NCBI GenBank assembly: GCA_045562675.1
Contig: JBJKVL010000011.1
Coordinates: 21,092 to 85,091 of the forward strand
Direction of reading: 5' to 3'
DNA from: Dehalococcoidia bacterium
Lineage (GTDB): Bacteria > Chloroflexota > Dehalococcoidia > UBA2979
Length of the DNA stretch: 64,000 bases
Numbering within the stretch: position 1 is the first letter of the stretch; each line of letters opens with the position of its first letter. Below the pieces are notes generated by a model. That model was not told the DNA's origin. It saw nothing but the letters and a program-made list of their open reading frames with translations, and did no database searches. Both the position numbers and the translations under genes were made by a program. Of this stretch, positions 60,069 through 64,000 are shown piece after piece.

Positions 60069-60905
60069 ATGTTTATGAAATATGAGACGATCTCAATTGA
60101 GAGACATGATCGCGTCTTACTGGCATCATGGAATCGACCAGAGAAACTTAATGCGTTTAATGGTTTATTTTTTAAAGAATGGATCGAACTTCTTGATGCG
60201 GTCAATAAAGATAATACTATTGGTGTAATAGTATGTACTGGAAAAGGTAAGGCTTTTAGCTCCGGTGCAGATGTTGGTGAATTTGCATCAGCTTCTAAAG
60301 GCGACAAAACAGTGAAGGAATATTGGGAGAAATATCAACCTGTTGCTTTTGAAGCAAAAAGGATGATATCAAGTAAGCCAATTATTGGCGCAATTAATGG
60401 TTTAGCACTCGGAGCAGGTTTAACTTGTACTTTTTGGTTTGATTTTAATTTAGCATCTACAGAAGCAAAGTTTTCAATGAGATTTTCAAAACTAGGACTA
60501 ACTCCTGAACTTGATAGTTCATGGTTATTGCCTAAGCTAATTGGCTTACAAAGAGCAAAGGAAATGATGCTTACAGGAAAGATATATAATGCAAATGAAG
60601 CTTTAGATTTTGGATTAATTGCAAAAATATATGAACCTCATAATCTTGTTGATGAAGCAATTAAAACTGCACAATCAATAGCTGATAATCCTTCTAATAC
60701 TTTGCGTACAATAAAAGAAATGGTTTTTGAAGATATAACATCAACATCATTTGACCAAGTTGCACAAAGATCAATAGATAATTTTGCCCATGCAAGAAAA
60801 TCAGATGAACATAGAGAAGCATTGCTAGCTCTTCAAGAAAAAAGAAAACCAAAATTTCACGATATTGAGCATATGAAAAAAATTATTAAAAAGAATAAAA
60901 AATAA
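60069..60905 (+). CDS. enoyl-CoA hydratase/isomerase (crotonase) family protein
   Basis: Crotonase fold with oxyanion-hole regions (CTGKGKAFSSGADV; GAINGLALGAG). Confidence 0.85.
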   Translation: MFMKYETISIERHDRVLLASWNRPEKLNAFNGLFFKEWIELLDAVNKDNTIGVIVCTGKGKAFSSGADVGEFASASKGDKTVKEYWEKYQPVAFEAKRMISSKPIIGAINGLALGAGLTCTFWFDFNLASTEAKFSMRFSKLGLTPELDSSWLLPKLIGLQRAKEMMLTGKIYNANEALDFGLIAKIYEPHNLVDEAIKTAQSIADNPSNTLRTIKEMVFEDITSTSFDQVAQRSIDNFAHARKSDEHREALLALQEKRKPKFHDIEHMKKIIKKNKK

Positions 60906-60907
60906 AA

Positions 60908-62368
60908 ATGAACGAAGAATATAAAATATGCCCCCGATGTCAGATTGAAATAAATGCAGATTCAAGAATTTGCAGAAAATGTTTTTTTAATCTACGTGAT
61001 ATAGAAATAAAAACAAGAGTTTCTGATATACAAAATAAAACGTTTGTTGATAAAGCTACAAGACTAAAAATTCAATCTAATTTTCTTCGTAAAAGATTCT
61101 TTTTTTTATTAGCAATTTCAGTATATATGTTCATTTTTATATTTGGTAATGTATTATATGTTAACAAATATCGAGTTGTACCCCCTCTTCCGATAAGCAG
61201 CAATGCATTTGAAGTAATAAATACCGGAGAATCATGGCCAAGTGAATATGGTCAATCAACTGGTATGAGAAATCTTAATCAAGCATTTAATTTAAATGGT
61301 ATGGTTTTGTGGGAACATCAAATGGAAGTTCCACAACTATTTAATATACAAGGATTATCAACAAATATTATTGGTAATAAGAATTTTATTATTTACGCAC
61401 TCGTTAATGGTGAACTTAATGCAATTTCAAAAGAAACAGGTCAATTAGCATGGTCCAAAAAAATTCCTGGATTATTAGATAGCACCCCCATAATTATTGA
61501 GAGTAAATTATATTTTCCTCAACGTGATGGAATCATCAATGCAATTGATATTGCAACAGGTCAAACAATTTGGCAGACAAAAACTTCTGATGTATTTTTA
61601 ACTGGTATTAGCATAGTAGAAGGAATGATATACGCAAATTCATTAGATAAAGTTTATTTTTTTGACGCCAATAATGGTGATTTAATTTGGTCTAAAAAAA
61701 TACAAAATCTTAAAGAGTTTCCAGCAACTGCTGTTTCAGCTAATGATGAAATACTTATTATTTCCACTTCGAGTCTTGTAATTCACCTAGATCGAAAAAC
61801 TGGCGAAGTACTGCATAAGCATAGAACAAGTTGGGTAGAGCATACCTATACTGAAGGAGAAAATTTTTATGTTTTTAGTAAGAATGAGGTAGGTTCTGTC
61901 AGTAAGGATGCAAGAGGTTATTGGTGGGATAAAGTTCCGACTCTTCGATTTGTATGGGGGCAACTGATGGCTTGGAATATGGCACCTTTAATTCCTAGAG
62001 ATGAGAACAATTGGATAACTGCTTTAGGAAAAGGGAGTTTTAGGCGAAATATAACGCATTTAAAAATACCTGCCATTAATCAAGATAGTATTTTTACTGC
62101 GCATTATGACGGGTCAATAAAGTCAATTGACAAAAAAACAGGAGTATACAACTGGCAAGTTGATTATGAAAATAGCGTCACTGATCCGATTATCACTCAA
62201 TCTGGTTTAATTATTGGTATTGGTAATGATTTAGTCACTCTTGATGCCAATACTGGAAAAGAAGTGAATCGCATAGGAATAAACCGAGGTAAGCTTAACC
62301 AAATTGCAATCATTGATAATGAATTAATAGCAGTGATTGACGATCAATTAATAATTAATATTTATTAG
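60908..62368 (+). CDS. zinc-ribbon / single-TM / PQQ-like beta-propeller repeat protein
   Basis: N-terminal CPRC...CRKC, one TM helix, then repeated PQQ-like units (NAISKETGQLAWS, NAIDIATGQTIWQ, SIDKKTGVYNWQ, TLDANTGKEV). Confidence 0.65.
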   Translation: MNEEYKICPRCQIEINADSRICRKCFFNLRDIEIKTRVSDIQNKTFVDKATRLKIQSNFLRKRFFFLLAISVYMFIFIFGNVLYVNKYRVVPPLPISSNAFEVINTGESWPSEYGQSTGMRNLNQAFNLNGMVLWEHQMEVPQLFNIQGLSTNIIGNKNFIIYALVNGELNAISKETGQLAWSKKIPGLLDSTPIIIESKLYFPQRDGIINAIDIATGQTIWQTKTSDVFLTGISIVEGMIYANSLDKVYFFDANNGDLIWSKKIQNLKEFPATAVSANDEILIISTSSLVIHLDRKTGEVLHKHRTSWVEHTYTEGENFYVFSKNEVGSVSKDARGYWWDKVPTLRFVWGQLMAWNMAPLIPRDENNWITALGKGSFRRNITHLKIPAINQDSIFTAHYDGSIKSIDKKTGVYNWQVDYENSVTDPIITQSGLIIGIGNDLVTLDANTGKEVNRIGINRGKLNQIAIIDNELIAVIDDQLIINIY

Positions 62369-62369
62369 T

Positions 62370-62795
62370 TTACTGAGTTTCTATAGATGCTGAACCACTT
62401 AAAACAATTTTATCTTCTTGGTTAGACGTATGAATTGATAGTTCAATAAATCTACTTTCAGCATTACTCTCAATTTTATCAATGACAATTTTAGTAGTTA
62501 ATGTGTCGCCAGGCCAAATAATATTTTGAAATCTAACACCAAATTTCTTGATAGTTATATTATCAAAAAGCTTAGTTAATAATTTGCCAGTTAAAGCCAT
62601 CCCTAGCATACCGTGAGCAAAAGTTGATGGATATCCAGCTATTTCTGTTGCAAATGGTTCATCTGTATGCAAGGGGTTAAAGTCACCAGATGCACCTGCA
62701 TATTGCACAATTTGTGTACGTGTCAAATTCTCTACAACAACTTCAGTAAATTCTTGTCCAACTTCTAAGCTATTAATAGACTTGTTCATGATCAT
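62370..62795 (-). CDS. MaoC-like enoyl hydratase/dehydratase subunit with hydratase-2 motif
   Basis: SGDFNPLHTDEPFA matches the hydratase-2 motif; 141 aa; overlaps its upstream partner by 4 nt. Confidence 0.8.
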   Translation of the reverse strand: MIMNKSINSLEVGQEFTEVVVENLTRTQIVQYAGASGDFNPLHTDEPFATEIAGYPSTFAHGMLGMALTGKLLTKLFDNITIKKFGVRFQNIIWPGDTLTTKIVIDKIESNAESRFIELSIHTSNQEDKIVLSGSASIETQ

Positions 62796-63346
62796 TTTTT
62801 CCCGTCTTCCTCTTTTACAACTTTTTCTGTTACCACAGTAACCTTTCTTGCTGTAACGACTAATTCATCATTTTGATTAAAAAATTGAGTACTATATTCA
62901 GTAAAGATAAGTTTGCCTCCTTTTTTACCTTCTCGTTCCCATGATTTTAATTCGCCATCTTCCCAATGGAGTACGTCGCCACTATATACAGGCATGTGAT
63001 ATTCAAAATGTTGTTCAGCATGTAAGCCAGTGCCGCCTTTTGACTGACTTTTCTTTTTTTGCTTATCATTTTTTTTAGATTCAGTAATTTTTTGCCGCGG
63101 TGTGCCAGGCCATTTTTTATCTGGATTAGGTCTCAATCTGTAAGTTGAGTCGAACTGATGATATGCCTCAACAAAAGTCAATGGAGCAATGGTTCCTTGA
63201 AGACCTTTTGATTTAGCATATTCTCCATCATAATAAATTGGATTCTCTTCATTAATAGATCTTGCAAAAAAAAGAATTTGACTTGCATCTATTGGAAATA
63301 TATTTTTTTTCGACATAATTACAAATTCACTAATATTCAATAACAA
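62792..63346 (-). CDS. hotdog-fold partner subunit (HadA/ChsH1-like) with Lys-rich insert
   Basis: NPIYYDGEYAKSKGLQGTIAPLTF resembles the HadA-type N-terminal region; 184 aa. Confidence 0.6.
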   Translation of the reverse strand: MLLNISEFVIMSKKNIFPIDASQILFFARSINEENPIYYDGEYAKSKGLQGTIAPLTFVEAYHQFDSTYRLRPNPDKKWPGTPRQKITESKKNDKQKKKSQSKGGTGLHAEQHFEYHMPVYSGDVLHWEDGELKSWEREGKKGGKLIFTEYSTQFFNQNDELVVTARKVTVVTEKVVKEEDGKK

Positions 63347-63400
63347 GAACTAAACTATCAGAAATTGTAATGAATTGCGATAGGAAAATAAATCAGTGTT

Positions 63401-64000
63401 TTATAATAAATTTTTGATTTTTTTTGCAATAGCTAAACTCGCAGTCAAACCTGGAGACTCAATGCCTCCTAAATGAATATATTGTTTGTCCTGCCAAATC
63501 AAAAAATCAGCATATTGATTATTTTTGGTCTGTAGTCTTGAACGATAACCAACATGAGCAGGTACAATATCTTCAATATTTAATTTAGGCAGAATACTTT
63601 TCCCAGCAATATAAAACTGTTGAGACTTTTTACCATTATTAATATAATTCATTTCATCATCATTATCCAACCATTCAGCATCTGGACCTAATTTAAGATC
63701 GCCATCCAAAGTTTTTGTTAAATGAATACCTAAGCCACCTGAAGCATTAATGTGGTCTTGCATTTTCTCTCGATTAATTGGCACAGGGTAAACTAAATTA
63801 TCAATCGCATGATTGATTTTATTATTTATAATATCAAAATAAATACCTCTATTTACACGTTGTCTTAGTATTGGCACATTAGGATCATCTCCATCAATTT
63901 GATACCCCGCCATTGCAGCAATTTCAGGTGCACCATGACCAGCTGTATTGATAATCAAATTCGTAGTAATCTCATCCTCAGAGCTATCATAATTGTTGAT
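63401..64000 (-). CDS. FAD-dependent oxidoreductase (DAO family), C-terminal part; N-terminus beyond window end
   Basis: The frame is open to position 64000. The IINTAGHGAPEIA motif and C-terminal GIESPGLTASLAIA are typical of DAO-family flavoproteins. Confidence 0.55.
   Translation of the reverse strand: MNNYDSSEDEITTNLIINTAGHGAPEIAAMAGYQIDGDDPNVPILRQRVNRGIYFDIINNKINHAIDNLVYPVPINREKMQDHINASGGLGIHLTKTLDGDLKLGPDAEWLDNDDEMNYINNGKKSQQFYIAGKSILPKLNIEDIVPAHVGYRSRLQTKNNQYADFLIWQDKQYIHLGGIESPGLTASLAIAKKIKNLL

Overview
AT-rich (about one-third GC by eye), gene-dense bacterial chromosomal segment, about 90% coding. Nearly everything is core metabolism and translation; I saw no integrase, transposase, phage or CRISPR signal. 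From 5' to 3' the window carries: a partial acyl-CoA dehydrogenase, an MBL-fold hydrolase, panD and a YceI-like protein; a three-gene MacAB-type exporter on the minus strand (HlyD-like adaptor, ATPase, FtsX permease); a small Gly-rich membrane protein, a Gfo/Idh/MocA oxidoreductase and a family III CoA-transferase; sucCD, tRNA-Ser(GCU) and miaB; a Nudix-family NrtR-like regulator directly upstream of nadA-nadC; a long translation/isoprenoid block (rpsB-tsf-frr-uppS-cdsA-dxr-rseP-ispG-proS, then nusA-infB-rbfA-truB); prfB with its programmed +1 frameshift; folD, acpS and a frameshift-split nnr; a fabD fused in frame to a ketoacyl-ACP synthase, followed by a second KAS; an 18-gene minus-strand aromatic amino-acid block (M50 protease, tyrA, aroA, gmk, trpEGDCF-B, CPBP protease, trpA, aroH, DAHP synthase, then scpA, ribF, tyrS); and a right-hand cluster of a luciferase-like oxidoreductase, two pairs of heterodimer-type MaoC/hotdog hydratase subunits, a crotonase and a zinc-ribbon/PQQ-propeller membrane protein. 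The compact housekeeping proteins (IF-2 605 aa, EF-Ts 156 aa), TTG/GTG starts, 1-11 nt gene overlaps and missing pyrH/rimP point to a streamlined, probably marine free-living genome; the phylum is uncertain (Chloroflexi-like or actinobacterial features). The items I think most deserve a second look are the NrtR-like regulator with a perfect palindrome in front of nadA, the FabD-KAS fusion with tandem KAS, the duplicated heterodimeric hydratase cluster, the aromatic block interrupted by two intramembrane metalloproteases and gmk, and the nnr split at an A9 run.
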